Below are positions 33,783 through 49,784 of a DNA stretch of 64,000 nucleotides, piece after piece; within the stretch, counting starts at the first letter, position 1, and every line of letters begins with the position of its first letter. Origin of the DNA: Macrostomum lignano (lineage: Eukaryota); the NCBI GenBank assembly GCA_002269645.1, contig NIVC01000486.1, forward strand, positions 390,327-454,326. Reading direction: 5' to 3'. The notes beneath the pieces were generated by a model. That model had not been told where the DNA came from, ran no database searches, and was given only the letters and a program-made list of their open reading frames with translations. The position numbers were made by a program, and so were the translations under genes.

Positions 33783-36700
33783 ATGGCAGCCAACTTTCTC
33801 TCACTGCCCCCACCTGAGCCATTTTCAGTATCAGCAGACCCACACAACGCGGGCAAGCGCTGGAGTCAATGGGCAGACCGCTTTGAAGACTTCATCGATG
33901 CATCAGGCATCACCAACGAGAAGCAAAAGTGCAAACTACTCAGCTACACAGCAGGCAAGGAAATCGCCGACATCATCCGCGAGGAGGCCAAGCCTGCAGC
34001 GGCCACAGAGGACGGCCAAGTCACCCTCAAGCAGACGCTGGAAGCTTTGAAGACATTCTTCAACGGAAGAAAGAACATAGTATTCGCCAGATATCAGTTC
34101 CGCCTATGCACCCAGGCCACCGGGGAGTCCATCGAGTCCTGGTACGCCAGACTGCGCACTGCGGCAGAGCCGAGCGACTTCGAGCAGCTGAAGGACTCGC
34201 TCATCAGAGACCAGCTCGTGGCAACCTGCAGCTCTGACAAGCTGCGCAGGCGGCTGCTTCAGGAGGTGAACATCAGCCTGGAAGAGGCCTTGCGAAAGGC
34301 GAGGGCATTCGAGGCTGCTGAGGAACAAGCCACCGAGATGGAGAAGACAGACTCGCACGTGGCCAGCGTTGCCAAGGGCGACAAGGTGAGAACAAACAGG
34401 TGTGGCCCGGCTCAGACGACCAGCAGGCCCGGCGACCAGCAGCAGCGCACCTGCTACCGCTGCGGCGAGAAAGGCCACGCTACCTGCGACGCTGCCAAGG
34501 GCAAGATCTGCCACAACTGCGGCAAGCCCAACCACCTCGCTCTTGCCTGCCGTCAGCCTCGGCAGTCAAACAGCAGCCGGATCCCACAGCAGCAAATCAG
34601 CACCAATGCTGTATTCACAGCTGCCGACGGCTCCGTCAACGAGGATGTGTTCGCGCTGTACAACCGCGACAAATACCCATCCGACGTCTCACTGACTGTG
34701 CAGGTGGCAAACCGGCAGCTTCCCATGATGATTGACAGCGGAGCCAGCTGCAGCATCATGAGTCTCGGCACCTTCAGAGCGCTCAGCCTGCCAAGCCCAC
34801 GCCCAACAAGAGCCGAAGTTCGCGCCTACGGGGTACCGACACCTCTCAGGATTGTGGGTACCGCCGATCTTGACATCCAAGTGGGATCTGCCAGAACAAC
34901 CGCGACCTTCCACATCATGGACGGCGACGGGCTGACGATACTAGGGCGTCAGCCCGCATTCAAGCTAGGAGTGCTGAAGATCCAGCGACCTGAAGCTACC
35001 AAGCCGCAAAACATAAACGCCATCGCCGACACCACACCCTCCGAGCAGTGTAGCGACCCCCAGCTCAAGGCCATCCTGCAGAGGCACAAAGAAGTCTTCA
35101 ACGGACGAGCTCAAGGCTTTGGAGGAGCAAGGCATCATTGAGGCAGTCAAAGGTCCTAGCGCCTGGGTGTCACGCATGGTGGTGGTGCCCAAGGGCGACG
35201 GTGGCGTTCGAATCTGCCAGGACCTCCGTGATCTCAACGCTTTCGTCATCCCAGAGAAGCAGCAAATCCCCACGCTGGACGAAATCACCGAGGAAATAGC
35301 AGACGCCAAGCTGTTCAGCGAACTCGATATCCGGAAGGCTTTTTATCAGATCCCAGTCCACGAGAGCAGCCGTCACCTCTTCACCTTCAGCACGCCCCTC
35401 GGACTGATGCGGCTCAAGAGGTTCAGCATGGGGTTCACAAATGCCTCGGAAATCCTTCAACGAGTCATGCTTGGCATCCTCAGCGGCATCGACGGCGTCC
35501 GGTGGGCGCACGACGACGTGGTGGTATACGCCTCCGACCTGAAGCAGCACCATGAGAGGCTGGACGCCTGCCTTCAGCGCCTCCGAGAGTTCGGGATCAC
35601 CATCAATCAGGACAAGTGCAGGTTCGCCCGACCGACTGTCGAGTTTCTCGGGATGCGCCTGACCGCCCGGGGCATGCAACCGGCCACCGAGAAAATTGAC
35701 GCCATGCAGAACTTCCGAGAGCCCTCCAACGTGGCCGACGCCCGCTCTTTCCTGGCAAAGTCATCCCAAACTTCGCTGACCTCGCGGCCCCACTCCGGCA
35801 GCTAACGAAGAAGGGCCAGGCCTGGGAGTGGACAGAAAAACACAAAGCGGCGTTCAACGGCATCAAGAAGGCATTCTCAGACGCGGACACGCTGGCCTTT
35901 TTCGACCGCAGGCTGCACACGGAGCTCCTGGTGGACGCATCGCCGATCGGCCTCGGCGCCATCCTCACGCAGCGGCAGCCAGACGGCAACAGCAGACCCG
36001 TCGCCTACGCCAGCAGAGCCCTCTCGCCGGTGGAGCAGCGGTACGCGCAGATCGAGCGGGAGGCGTTGGCCATCAAATTTGGGTGTCTCAAGTTTGAGCA
36101 CTATCTGGCTGGCGACCCAGACTTCACCGTGGTGACGGACCACCGACCGCTCGTGCCGCTTTTCAAGCCTGGCTCCCGTCCGCCACCGCGGATTGAGCGT
36201 ATGGCACTGCGCATTCAGCATCTCCGCTTCAACCTGCTCTACCGGCCAGGCTCGACCAACCTGGCTGACCTGCTGAGTCGGCAGCCACTGCCAGAGCGGC
36301 GTCGGAATGTCGGTGAAGAGCTCGACGCCGCCTTCATCAACGCCGCGTCGACCGGGGCCGTGCCGAAGGGCTTCAGTCTCGACCAGGTTCGGGAAGCATC
36401 GCTCACCGACAGGGACGTCCAGGCGGCGCTGAACGCGATTCGAACCGGCCGCTGGGACATGCGAGCGGCGGCCCAGCGCTCCTTCAAGTCCATCAGCAGC
36501 GAACTGTCGGAAAGCGACGGAGTATTACTCCGCGGTGACCTCATCGTCATCCCCGAGTCGCTGCGCAGGCCGATCCTTCAACTGGCGCACACCGGTCATC
36601 TGAGCGCCGACCGCACCCTTAAACGCCTGCAGACGAAGGTGTGGTGGCCTCGGATGCGCAGCGACTGCGAGCTCTTCGTCCAGTGCTGCACACTGTGCCA

Positions 36701-39700
36701 GGCTGCGGCCACCGGATTGCGACAGACACCATTGAGGCCGACAGATATTCCGGACGGTGCCTGGCTGCTGCTAGGTATGGATTTCTACGGCCCAGTGCAG
36801 GGCCAGATGCTCCTGGTCACCACCGACTTGTATTCAAAATACCCAGAAGTCAATTTTCTCAACTCGACGACGGCGGAGAGCGTGATCCCCCACCTGCGGA
36901 GGCTGTTCGGCAGATACGGCGTCCCGATTGAGGTGGTCACCGACAACGGCCCGCCATTCAGCTCGGCAGCTTTCCGCAGCTAATTCCTCGCTTCGTACGG
37001 CATTCAACACCGCCTCATCTGCCCGCTGCACCCAGAATCCAACGGAGCGACGGAGCGAGTCAACCGCAGCATCGGGAAAGTGATTCAGACGGCAGTGGCC
37101 GAAGGTCGTAACTGGCGGGAGGCTATCGAGGACTGGCTGTTGGCGTTCCGCACGACACCACATCGAGCGACCGGCCGCGCACCCGCTGAGCTACTCATGG
37201 GCAGGACGATGAACGACGGCATCCCGACCATCAAACCATCACAGCTCATCGACGTTAACCATGAAGAGGTGCAGAGCTGGCACAGAAACTATGTCCAAGA
37301 CATGAAGGCGCGCTTCGATGATCGCAAGGGTGTCAAAGAGCACGGCGTCAGAGTCGGCAACAAAGTTCTGCGAAAGAAGCAACCACGTAACAAACTGCAG
37401 CTGCCGTTGGAGCCACATCCTTGGACAGTCAAGCAGGTCCAGGGAGACACGTGTGTCCTGCAACGCGGCGAACAGTCCTGCATGCGCCACGTCTCGCAGC
37501 TGCGGCCCCTGGTCGGAGACCCTGCCGGCCAACCTGCCGGAGAGCCTGCCGGCCAGCCTGCCGGCCAGCCTGCCGGCCAGCCTGCCGGCCAGCCTGCCGG
37601 CCAGCCTGCCGGCCAGCCTGCCGGCCAACCTGCCGGAGAGCCTGCCGGAGAGCCTGCCGGCCAACCTGCAGGAGAGCCTGCCGGCCAGCCTGCCGGAGAG
37701 CCTGCCGGCCAACCTGCCGGCCAGCCTGCCGGAGAGCCTGCCGGCCAGCCTGCCGGCCAACCTGCCGGAGAGCCTGCCGGCCAACCTGCAGGAGAGCCTG
37801 CCGGCCAGCCTGCCGGAGAGCCTGCCGGCCAGCCTGCCGGCCAGCCTGCCGGCCAGCCTGCCGGCCAGCCTGCCGGCCAGCCTGCCGGCCAACCTGCCGG
37901 AGAGCCTGCCGGCCAACCTGCCGGCCAGCCTGCCGGCCAACCTGCAGGAGAGCCTGCCGGCCAGCCTGCCGGCCAACCTGCCGGAGAGCCTGCCGGCCAG
38001 CCTGCCGGAGAGCCTGCCGGCCAGCCTGCCGGCCAACCTGCCGGAGAGCCTGCCGGCCAACCTGCAGGAGAGCCTGCCGGCCAGCCTGCCGGCCAACCTG
38101 CAGGAGAGCCTGCCGGCCAGCCTGCAGGAGAGCCTGCCGGCCAGCCTGCCGGCCAACCTGCCGGAGAGCCTGCCGGCCAGCCTGCCGGCCAGCCTGCCGG
38201 AGAGCCTGCCGGCCAACCTGCCGGCCAACCTGCCGGAGAGCCTGCCGGCCAACCTGCAGGAGAGCCTGCCGGCCAGCCTGCCGGCCAACCTGCCGGAGAG
38301 CCTGCCGGCCAACCTGCAGGAGAGCCTGCCGGCCAACCTGCCGGCCAGCCTGCCGGCCAACCTGCAGGAGAGCCTGCCGGCCAGCCTGCCGGAGAGCCTG
38401 CCGGCCAACCTGCAGGAGAGCCTGCCGGCCAGCCTGCCGGCCAACCTGCAGGAGAGCCTGCCGGCCAGCCTGCCGGAGAGCCTGCCGGCCAACCTGCCGG
38501 CCAGCCTGCCGGAGAGCCTGCCGGCCAACCTGCCGGCCAACCTGCCGGAGAGCCTGCCGGCCAACCTGCAGGAGAGCCTGCCGGCCAGCCTGCCGGAGAG
38601 CCTGCCGGCCAGCCTGCCGGCCAGCCTGCCGGAGAGCCTGCCGGCCAGCCTGCCGGCCAGCCTGCCGGCCAGCCTGCCGGCCAGCCTGCCGGCCAGCCTG
38701 CCGGCCAACCTGCCGGAGAGCCTGCCGGCCAACCTGCCGGCCAGCCTGCCGGCCAACCTGCAGGAGAGCCTGCCGGCCAGCCTGCCGGCCAACCTGCCGG
38801 AGAGCCTGCCGGCCAGCCTGCCGGAGAGCCTGCCGGCCAGCCTGCCGGCCAACCTGCCGGAGAGCCTGCCGGCCAACCTGCAGGAGAGCCTGCCGGCCAG
38901 CCTGCCGGCCAACCTGCAGGAGAGCCTGCCGGCCAGCCTGCAGGAGAGCCTGCCGGCCAGCCTGCCGGCCAACCTGCCGGAGAGCCTGCCGGCCAGCCTG
39001 CCGGCCAGCCTGCCGGAGAGCCTGCCGGCCAACCTGCCGGCCAACCTGCCGGAGAGCCTGCCGGCCAACCTGCAGGAGAGCCTGCCGGCCAGCCTGCCGG
39101 CCAACCTGCCGGAGAGCCTGCCGGCCAACCTGCAGGAGAGCCTGCCGGCCAACCTGCCGGCCAGCCTGCCGGCCAACCTGCAGGAGAGCCTGCCGGCCAG
39201 CCTGCCGGAGAGCCTGCCGGCCAACCTGCAGGAGAGCCTGCCGGCCAGCCTGCCGGCCAACCTGCAGGAGAGCCTGCCGGCCAGCCTGCCGGAGAGCCTG
39301 CCGGCCAACCTGCCGGCCAGCCTGCCGGAGAGCCTGCCGGCCAACCTGCCGGCCAACCTGCCGGAGAGCCTGCCGGCCAACCTGCAGGAGAGCCTGCCGG
39401 CCAGCCTGCCGGAGAGCCTGCCGGCCAGCCTGCCGGCCAACCTGCCGGAGAGCCTGCCGGCCAACCTGCCGGCCAGCCTGCCGGAGAGCCTGCCGGCCAA
39501 CCTGCAGGAGAGCCTGCCGGCCAGCCTGCCGGCCAACCTGCCGGAGAGCCTGCCGGCCAACCTGCCGGAGAGCCTGCCGGCCAACCTGCCGGCCAGCCTG
39601 CCGGCCAACCTGCAGGAGAGCCTGCCGGCCAGCCTGCCGGCCAACCTGCCGGAGAGCCTGCCGGCCAACCTGCCGGAGAGCCTGCCGGCCAGCCTGCCGG

Positions 39701-40532
39701 CCAACCTGCCGGAGAGCCTGCCGGCCAACCTGCAGGAGAGCCTGCCGGCCAGCCTGCCGGCCAACCTGCAGGAGAGCCTGCCGGCCAGCCTGCCGGCCAA
39801 CCTGCCGGAGAGCCTGCCGGCCAGCCTGCCGGAGAGCCTGCCGGCCAACCTGCCGGCCAACATGCCGGAGAGCCTGCCGGCCAACCTGCAGGAGAGCCTG
39901 CCGGCCAACCTGCCGGAGAGCCTGCCGGCCAACCTGCAGGAGAGCCTGCCGGCCAACCTGCCGGCCAGCCTGCCGGCCAACCTGCAGGAGAGCCTGCCGG
40001 CCAGCCTGCCGGCCAACCTGCCGGAGAGCCTGCCGGCCAGCCTGCCGGCCAACCTGCCGGAGAGCCTGCCGGCCAACCTGCAGGAGAGCCTGCCGGCCAA
40101 ACTGCCGGCCAGCCTGCCGGCCAACCTGCAGGAGAGCCTGCCGGCCAGCCTGCCGGCCAACCTGCAGGAGAGCCTGCCGGCCAGCCTGCCGGCCAACCTG
40201 CAGGAGAGCCTGCCGGCCAGCCTGCCGGCCAGCCTGCCGGCCAACCTGCCGGAGAGCCTGCCGGCCAGCCTGCCGGAGAGCCTGCCGGCCAGCCTGCCGG
40301 CCAGCCTGCCGGCCAACCTGCCGGAGAGCCTGCCGGCCAACCTGCCGGAGAGCCTGCCGGCCAACCTGCAGGAGAGCCTGCCGGCCAACCTGCCGGAGAG
40401 CCTGCCGGCCAACCTGCAGGAGAGCCTGCCGGCCAACCTACCGGTCAGCCCGCCGGTCTACCCAGCGGTAGCATCGCCACGCGAGAACACCAAAGAGCTG
40501 CCCGTAACAGAGTGCTCAGCTACAAATTGTGA
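33783..40532 (+). pseudogene. Gypsy gag-pro-RT-RH-IN polyprotein, disrupted
   Basis: Two CCHC-type knuckles, protease IDSGA, RT ELDIRKAF...FGFTNAS-like SMGFTNAS...AHDD, RH VDASPIGLGA/EREALA/TDHRPL, IN H-H-C-C plus MDFYG, TDNG, TER. Deletion frameshifts near 35108 and 35757; in-frame TAA at 36981-36983. Confidence 0.95.
37521..40460 (+). repeat. 12-bp minisatellite CCTGC(C/A)GG(CCA[A/G]/AGAG), about 245 units, in frame with the integrase C-terminus (PAGQ/PAGE)
   Basis: Read directly. The pol frame stays open through the array to the stop at 40532. Confidence 0.97.
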
Positions 40533-40862
40533 TTGCTTTGGGGTTTGGGCTGGTAGTAACTGAGTAATTGAGCTCGTTTTTTTATCCCCTGCGATCTCTC
40601 TGGTTGGGGAGAATTGTAGGCACCTGCTGCCCAGTGCTTGCATAATAAGTGATTTTAGTCCTGGTGTGCATTTCCGATGTACATCCAATATTCTTGGCTT
40701 TCTGTTTTTAATGTACGCAGTCTCAACTGCAGGGTCGCTGCTAAATATATAAATCGATCGCACAGAGCCTACAGTGGATTGAGGCTTTATTTGGCTACAC
40801 ACAACACATAGCTTTCTCTCTCTCGGCTTCGCTCTCTACAGTTTTGTCACTCATTTTTTTAA

Positions 40863-41285
40863 TATCTTCGGAAACCATAGATCGAGTAACTTGGGAACTC
40901 ATTGAATAACTTTGGAAATTATTGATCGTAACTTGCGGAATCATTGAGTAACTTTGTGAATCATTGAGTAACTTTGGGAATCATTGAGTAACTTTAAGAA
41001 TCATTGAGTAAGTTTGGGAATCATTGAGTAACTTTAAGACTCACTGAGTAACTTTGGGAATCCTTGTGTAACTTTGGGAATAAAATTGAGTAACTTTAAG
41101 AATTATTGAGTAACTTTGGGAATAATTGAGTAACTTTGGGAATCATTGAGTAACTTTGGAAATCATTGAGTAACTTTGAGAAAAATTGTGTAACTTGCGG
41201 AATCATTGAGTAACTTTAAGAATCATTGAGTAACTTTGGGAAAAATTGTGTAACTTGCGGAATCATTGAGTAACTAAGGAAATCA
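40863..41285. repeat. 20-bp array GAATCATTGAGTAACTTTGG
   Basis: About 20 units. A few degenerate inverted copies lie at about 26160-26250, on the other side of the Gypsy. Confidence 0.9.
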
Positions 41286-42174
41286 TAGGAGAATTGAACA
41301 AACAAAAAAAATACCACCTGCAGGAAATTTCCGAGTTCGAATCTGCGTCACTCGGCAAGGATAATTCCGTGAGCTAATTAGCTGATCAAAGGCAGTTGCC
41401 AGCAGGCGATGAGCAAGTCAATTATTTAAGACAGCGACGACTCAATAAAAAATTCTTCTGAACAACCGAAAAATGCGAATATTGCAGGCATCTCCTGGGA
41501 GCAGATTAATCTGGAGGCGTGTGCCGAACAGATAACAGGGCCAACCCTAATTAGCAATTTATTGGATTGACAGTGGCGGCTCGCTCACGGCAGCTCAAAA
41601 TTATGACAAAAATTTTAATGAAATTTTAATGACTGACAAGTCGCCACGGGATCGCTGGGCGTTGCGTGTCGCTTCATTTTCCTTTGGGCCTGATCGCCAT
41701 TTTAATCTGGTCGATCTGCTGACGCAAAGCGAGCAGCAGGTCGTCGCGGGGGTGCCGGTCTCGCCCCATGGCTGTAGGTTGCAGATATCCGGAATTGTCG
41801 CCGTGGGACCTCCGCGCTCAGGCAACCCACCGCCCCTGGGGCCCGGCGCCAGGGACCTCGTGAAAGCTTGAAATTTGGAAACGAAACTCGAGCAGGGATT
41901 GACGGGGGTTTTTTGGCATGCAAAAATGCTTAATACCCGAAAAATGGTAACTTATTACCTCAGCAATGGTTACAAGTAGCCCCTCCCTGACCCACGCTGT
42001 CCCGCTGTAGCATATAAATCAAGCACTGTCATCGGTGACTCATTTGAGCGTGAATGAATTTAAAAAAGAATGGAAATGCCACACAATTGCAGTCACTTCA
42101 TCAGGGGCGTCGCCAGGATCATTGAAGGAGCCTTTTTTCACAGGCGTTTTTTAACTTGGCAATTTTTTTATCGC

Positions 42175-43550
42175 ACTGGGCGCCACCTTTTATTTGACTG
42201 GGCGCCACTTTTTTATTTGACTGGGCGCCACACTTTTATTTGACTGGGCGCCACACTTTTAGTTGACTGGGCGCCATTAGAGCTGACTGGGCGCCATTAG
42301 AGCTGCCTGACCGCCATTAGAGATGACTGGGCGCCAGTATAGCTGCCTGGGCGCCAGTATAGCTGACTGGGCGCCATTAGAGCTGCCTGGGCGCATTAGA
42401 GCTGCCTGGGCGACAGTATAGCTGCCTGGGCGCCAGTATAGCTGACTGGGCGCCAGTATAGCTGACTGGGCGCCATTAGAGCTGCCTGGGCGCCAGTATA
42501 GCTGCCTGGGCGCCAGTATAGCTGACTGGGCGCCAGTATAGCTGACTGGGCGCCAGTATAGCTGCCTGGGCGCCAGTATAGCTTCCTGGGCGACAGTATA
42601 GCTTACTGGGCGCATTAGAGCTGACTAGGCGCCATTAGAGCTGCCTGGCCGCCATTAGAGCTGACTGGGCGCCATTAGAGCTGCCTGGCCGCCATTAGAG
42701 CTGACTGGGCGCCATTAGAGCTGCCTGGCCGCCATTAGAGCTGACTGGGCGCCATTAGAGCTGCCTGGGCGCCATTAGAGTTGACTGGGCGCCAGTATAG
42801 CTGCCTGGGCGCCAGTATAGCTGACTGGGCGCCATTAGAGCTGCCTGGGCGCCATTAGAGCTGCCTGGGCGCCAGTATAGCTGCCTGGGCGCCAGTATAG
42901 CTGCCTGGGCGCCAGTATAGCTGACTGGGCGCCAGTATAGCTGACTGGGCGCCAGTATAGCTTCCTGGGCGCCAGTATAGCTGACTGGGCGCGTTAGAGC
43001 TGACTAGGCGCCATTAGAGCTGCCTGGCCGCCATTAGAGCTGCCTGGCCGCCATTAGAGCTGCCTGGCCGCCATTAGAGCTGCCTGGGCGCCATTAGAGC
43101 TGCCTGGGCGCCAGTATAGCTGCCTGGGCGCCAGTATAGCTGCCTGGGCGCCAGTATAGCTGCCTGGGCGCCAGTATAGCTGCCTGGGCGCCAGTATAGC
43201 TTCCTGGGCGCCAGTATAGCTGACTGGGCGCATTAGAGCTGACTAGGCGCCATTAGAGCTGCCTGGCCGCCATTAGAGCTGCCTGGCCGCCATTAGAGCT
43301 GACTGGGCGCCATTAGAGCTGCCTGGGCGCCATTAGAGCTGACTGGGCGCCATTAGAGCTGCCTGGGCGCCAGTATAGCTGCCTGGGCGCCAGTATAGCT
43401 GACTGGGCGCCATTAGAGCTGCCTGGGCGCATTAGAGCTGCCTGGGCGCCATTAGAGCTGCCTGGGCGCCAGTATAGCTGCCTGGGCGCCAGTATAGCTG
43501 ACTGGGCGCCATTAGAGCTGCCTGGGCGCATTAGAGCTGCCTGGGCGCCA
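42175..43550. repeat. 20-bp minisatellite CTGGGCGCCA(GTAT/TTAG)AGCTG(C/A)
   Basis: About 68 units of two interleaved variants. Confidence 0.97.
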
Positions 43551-44139
43551 TTGTTTAGCTTCGTCTCGAGGCGCGAGGTGACCGCGTGGAGTGCGAGAGG
43601 GCCTGTAAGAGGCTCCCCAAGTGTATTCCTCAATACAGCTGTTCCTATCGAGTTAGCAACAATAGCTATGTTTTGCATCATCACTGACGGTAGTGTTGAG
43701 TCTGATCATTTCTTGCTTTTTCTATGCTCGGTTTCTGCAAACTGCGGTATTTTGAATTAAATTAACAAGTCTCACCTGCATATAAGTGAGGGCAAGCAAG
43801 GGGGCATTGCCATTGACTCTGTGGAAGGGTGCTGTTTAGCAACTAAAACCATGGTTTTTTAAGTAAAATTTTTCACGTATTTATATGCTCTACGAGATTT
43901 TGGATAACCAGTTTAGCCACTAAATAATGAGAATACGATGCACAGGTAACATTGAGGAAAGTAGGAAAAATAAGACTTTCTGCTGATCATTGTTACATTT
44001 GGAGGTTAAACCAGGTGGAAGGGACAACCAGTTTAATGGAGGGAGGCAATTACCAGATAGGGGGGCAAACCACTTGGGGATAAACCAGTTGGGGGGACAC
44101 TAGTTGGGGGGGAATCTGTTGGGGGGAATCAGTTGGGGG

Positions 44140-44310
44140 ACAGGTGGAGGGCAAACAAGGTGCAGGTGGGGACAAAGCAGGTGGGGGACAAAGCAGGTGG
44201 GGACAAAGCAGGTGGGTGACAAAGCAGGTGGGTGACAAAGCAGGTGGGGACAAAGCAGGTGGGGACAAAGCAGGTGGGGGACAAAGCAGGTGGGGACAAA
44301 GCAGGTGGAG
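44140..44310. repeat. 15-17-bp repeat GGGGACAAAGCAGGT
   Basis: About 10 units just upstream of the neuropeptide promoter. Confidence 0.9.
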
Positions 44311-44337
44311 ACAAAACTTCGCAGCGAGGCCAGGTGG

Positions 44338-44480
44338 CCAATAGCAGCGAACGGTTTGGCGGCTTTCTACAAAAGAGCAGAAAAGCCAGCCCGAACTGGT
44401 GGAAGCCAATCAAATTCGCCGTCCAGATGCGCAGCCTCAGGGGTCCGTGGCTCGGGCACGGGCGGAGCGGTCTGTATAAA
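44338..44480 (+). promoter_or_regulatory. Candidate core promoter of the neuropeptide gene
   Basis: CCAAT boxes near 44338 and 44405; TATAAA at 44475-44480, about 110 nt before the ATG. Confidence 0.55.
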
Positions 44481-44588
44481 TGCACCCAACGCTGGCAGGC
44501 AGTTCGGTCGCGTCCCAGCTATCGAAGTCTCCCGCACAGCTCCGATCAGCAATCAAATCCAGTCAAATCAACTCAGAGCTCAACAACA

Positions 44589-45318
44589 ATGCGCGTCGGA
44601 GTCATCGGTCTCGTCCTCTGCGCCGTGCTGGTGCTGATGCAGTGCGCCTTCGCCCAGCAGTTCCACTTTAGCCACGGTAACTGCAGTTCATATAATGGCC
44701 GTTTGTTACATTAAACTTGCTACAAACTTGCTATCTACAATGAATTGCTACCATTTCAGGAGTTAACGGTAAAACTTCTCAGTAAATTACCTCTACATTA
44801 CTTGTACCAATGTACATACCGGTATACCGATTATTATTTGCTTTGGCAACAAATCACTCGCTTGTATAGTTTGGTTAAGCATGGCAATATTCGCCTCTGT
44901 GCTTTATAACTAACAATCACTAATTCGATTGAGTACATAGCCTACTCAAGTTAGGTGCGACAACTACTTGTACTTAAACGTAACGTCGCAGGTTGGAAGC
45001 CCGGCAAGCGCGGCCTGGCCGAGGAGGGCCACGCTGGCCATCAGATCTTCCGGCTGAAGAAAGGCTACCACTTCTTCCGCCTGAAGAAGGACCAGGAGTG
45101 CGCCATCGGCGAGGAGGCCCGGGCGCTGCTGGCCGATATTGTGGTCAGTTTTTTGCTTCCGTTTAAAAACGCGCATCAATACCAGCAAACCACTCTACTA
45201 TAAGTAGAAAAATACGAATATTTGTATTTTTTCTCCGTTTGTACAGAAATCTACCCAGAGCGGCTCGCTGTGCCCGGCAGACAGGCAGGTGATTGCCGCG
45301 TTCGTGCAGAACCTCTGA
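44589..45318 (+). CDS. GnRH/corazonin-type neuropeptide precursor, 103 aa; exons 44589-44676, 44992-45143, 45247-45318
   Basis: Spliced: MRVGVIGLVLCAVLVLMQCAFA | QQFHFSHGWKPG KR | GLAEEGHAGHQIFRL KK | GYHFFRL KK | DQECAIG...SLCPADRQVIAAFVQNL. Signal peptide, dibasic sites, GT-AG introns of phase 1 and 0, AATAAA at 45422. Confidence 0.9.
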
Positions 45319-45421
45319 GAACGGCATCGGGACAGCTGATGGCAGCCGGATGACTTGTCAGCATCGGCAACAGCAAAACAACTGCACACTTTTTATTGTC
45401 TTAACTGTGACTGATATATGG

Positions 45422-45427
45422 AATAAA
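45422..45427 (+). terminator. Polyadenylation signal AATAAA
   Basis: Canonical hexamer about 100 nt after the stop codon. Confidence 0.65.
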
Positions 45428-45510
45428 CAAATATACGAGGCATGCTTGTGAAGATGGAATGATTGAATATTCGCCATCGTTACAGCAATTTGACCTCATC
45501 TAACAGTGTT

Positions 45511-49238
<3,728 letters not shown>

Positions 49239-49269
49239 TTAATTATTCTGGAGTTGAGAAAGTGGAATA

Positions 49270-49440
49270 ACACTGATGGGGAAGAGAGGAGACTGGGGAG
49301 GCAGAGTGCCACTGATGGAGAGAGAGGAGACTGGGGAGGTGGAGTGCCACTGATGGAGAAGAGAGGAGACTGGGGAGGTAGAGTGACACTGATGGGGAGA
49401 GAGGAGACTGGGGAAGCAGAGTGGCACAGGTGGGGAAGAG
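49270..49440. repeat. About 42-bp purine-rich tandem repeat
   Basis: CACTGATGG...AGAGGAGACTGGGGAGG, about 4 copies. Confidence 0.75.
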
Positions 49441-49784
49441 AAGAGATCAGGGATACTGATGTGGAGGATACGTGTAATGTAAAAAAACTAAGAAAGCAAT
49501 GAGACACGGTAAGACTGCAACAGATATTACAGACGATAAACTTTATGTTAAATTTTTACCATTTGAAATGAGGACTTGCACGCGGCACAAAGGCGTGCAT
49601 CAGCAAAGTATGATTATTATTATTATTATTAACAATATTTTCATAAAATAAAAATGCAACACTTGCATTGCACTGCGCATACAGAGGCATTGTGAACCAA
49701 TTTGCGCAGAAATTTTATAAGCAAAAATATCAACAGGGTTTACAGTCTTATGGGCCAATTTATGTCGATGTGCAAAACCCGCCT

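Larger units (their letters stand above)
26295..40840 (+). mobile_element. Ty3/Gypsy (Mag-like) LTR retrotransposon, young but defective
   Basis: 226-bp LTRs TGTAG...CTACA: 3' LTR 40615-40840; 5' LTR split as 26295-26314 plus 33539-33744. One mismatch seen between LTRs. 5-bp TSD GTTTT at 26290-26294 and 40841-40845. PBS-like TGGCGTCGC at 33746; PPT-like GGTTGGGGAGAA before 40615. Confidence 0.95.

Noticed and set aside
37239-40563. Three additional ORFs over 1000 aa (LAGR, LPAS/LPES, CRPA/CRRA repeats)
   Set aside because: Alternative frames of a stop-free 12-bp repeat. Only the frame continuous with integrase has independent support.
41601-41923. Short ORFs in a GC-rich patch
   Set aside because: No recognisable motif or convincing splice structure.
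42102-43820. hAT-like element starting CAGGGGCGTCGCCAG around the 20-bp array
   Set aside because: No matching right TIR or 8-bp TSD (CACTTCAT) found, so boundaries are unsupported.
44232-44588. Upstream extension of the neuropeptide ORF from 44232
   Set aside because: Starts inside a tandem repeat and spans the TATA box. ATG 44589 gives a clean signal peptide.
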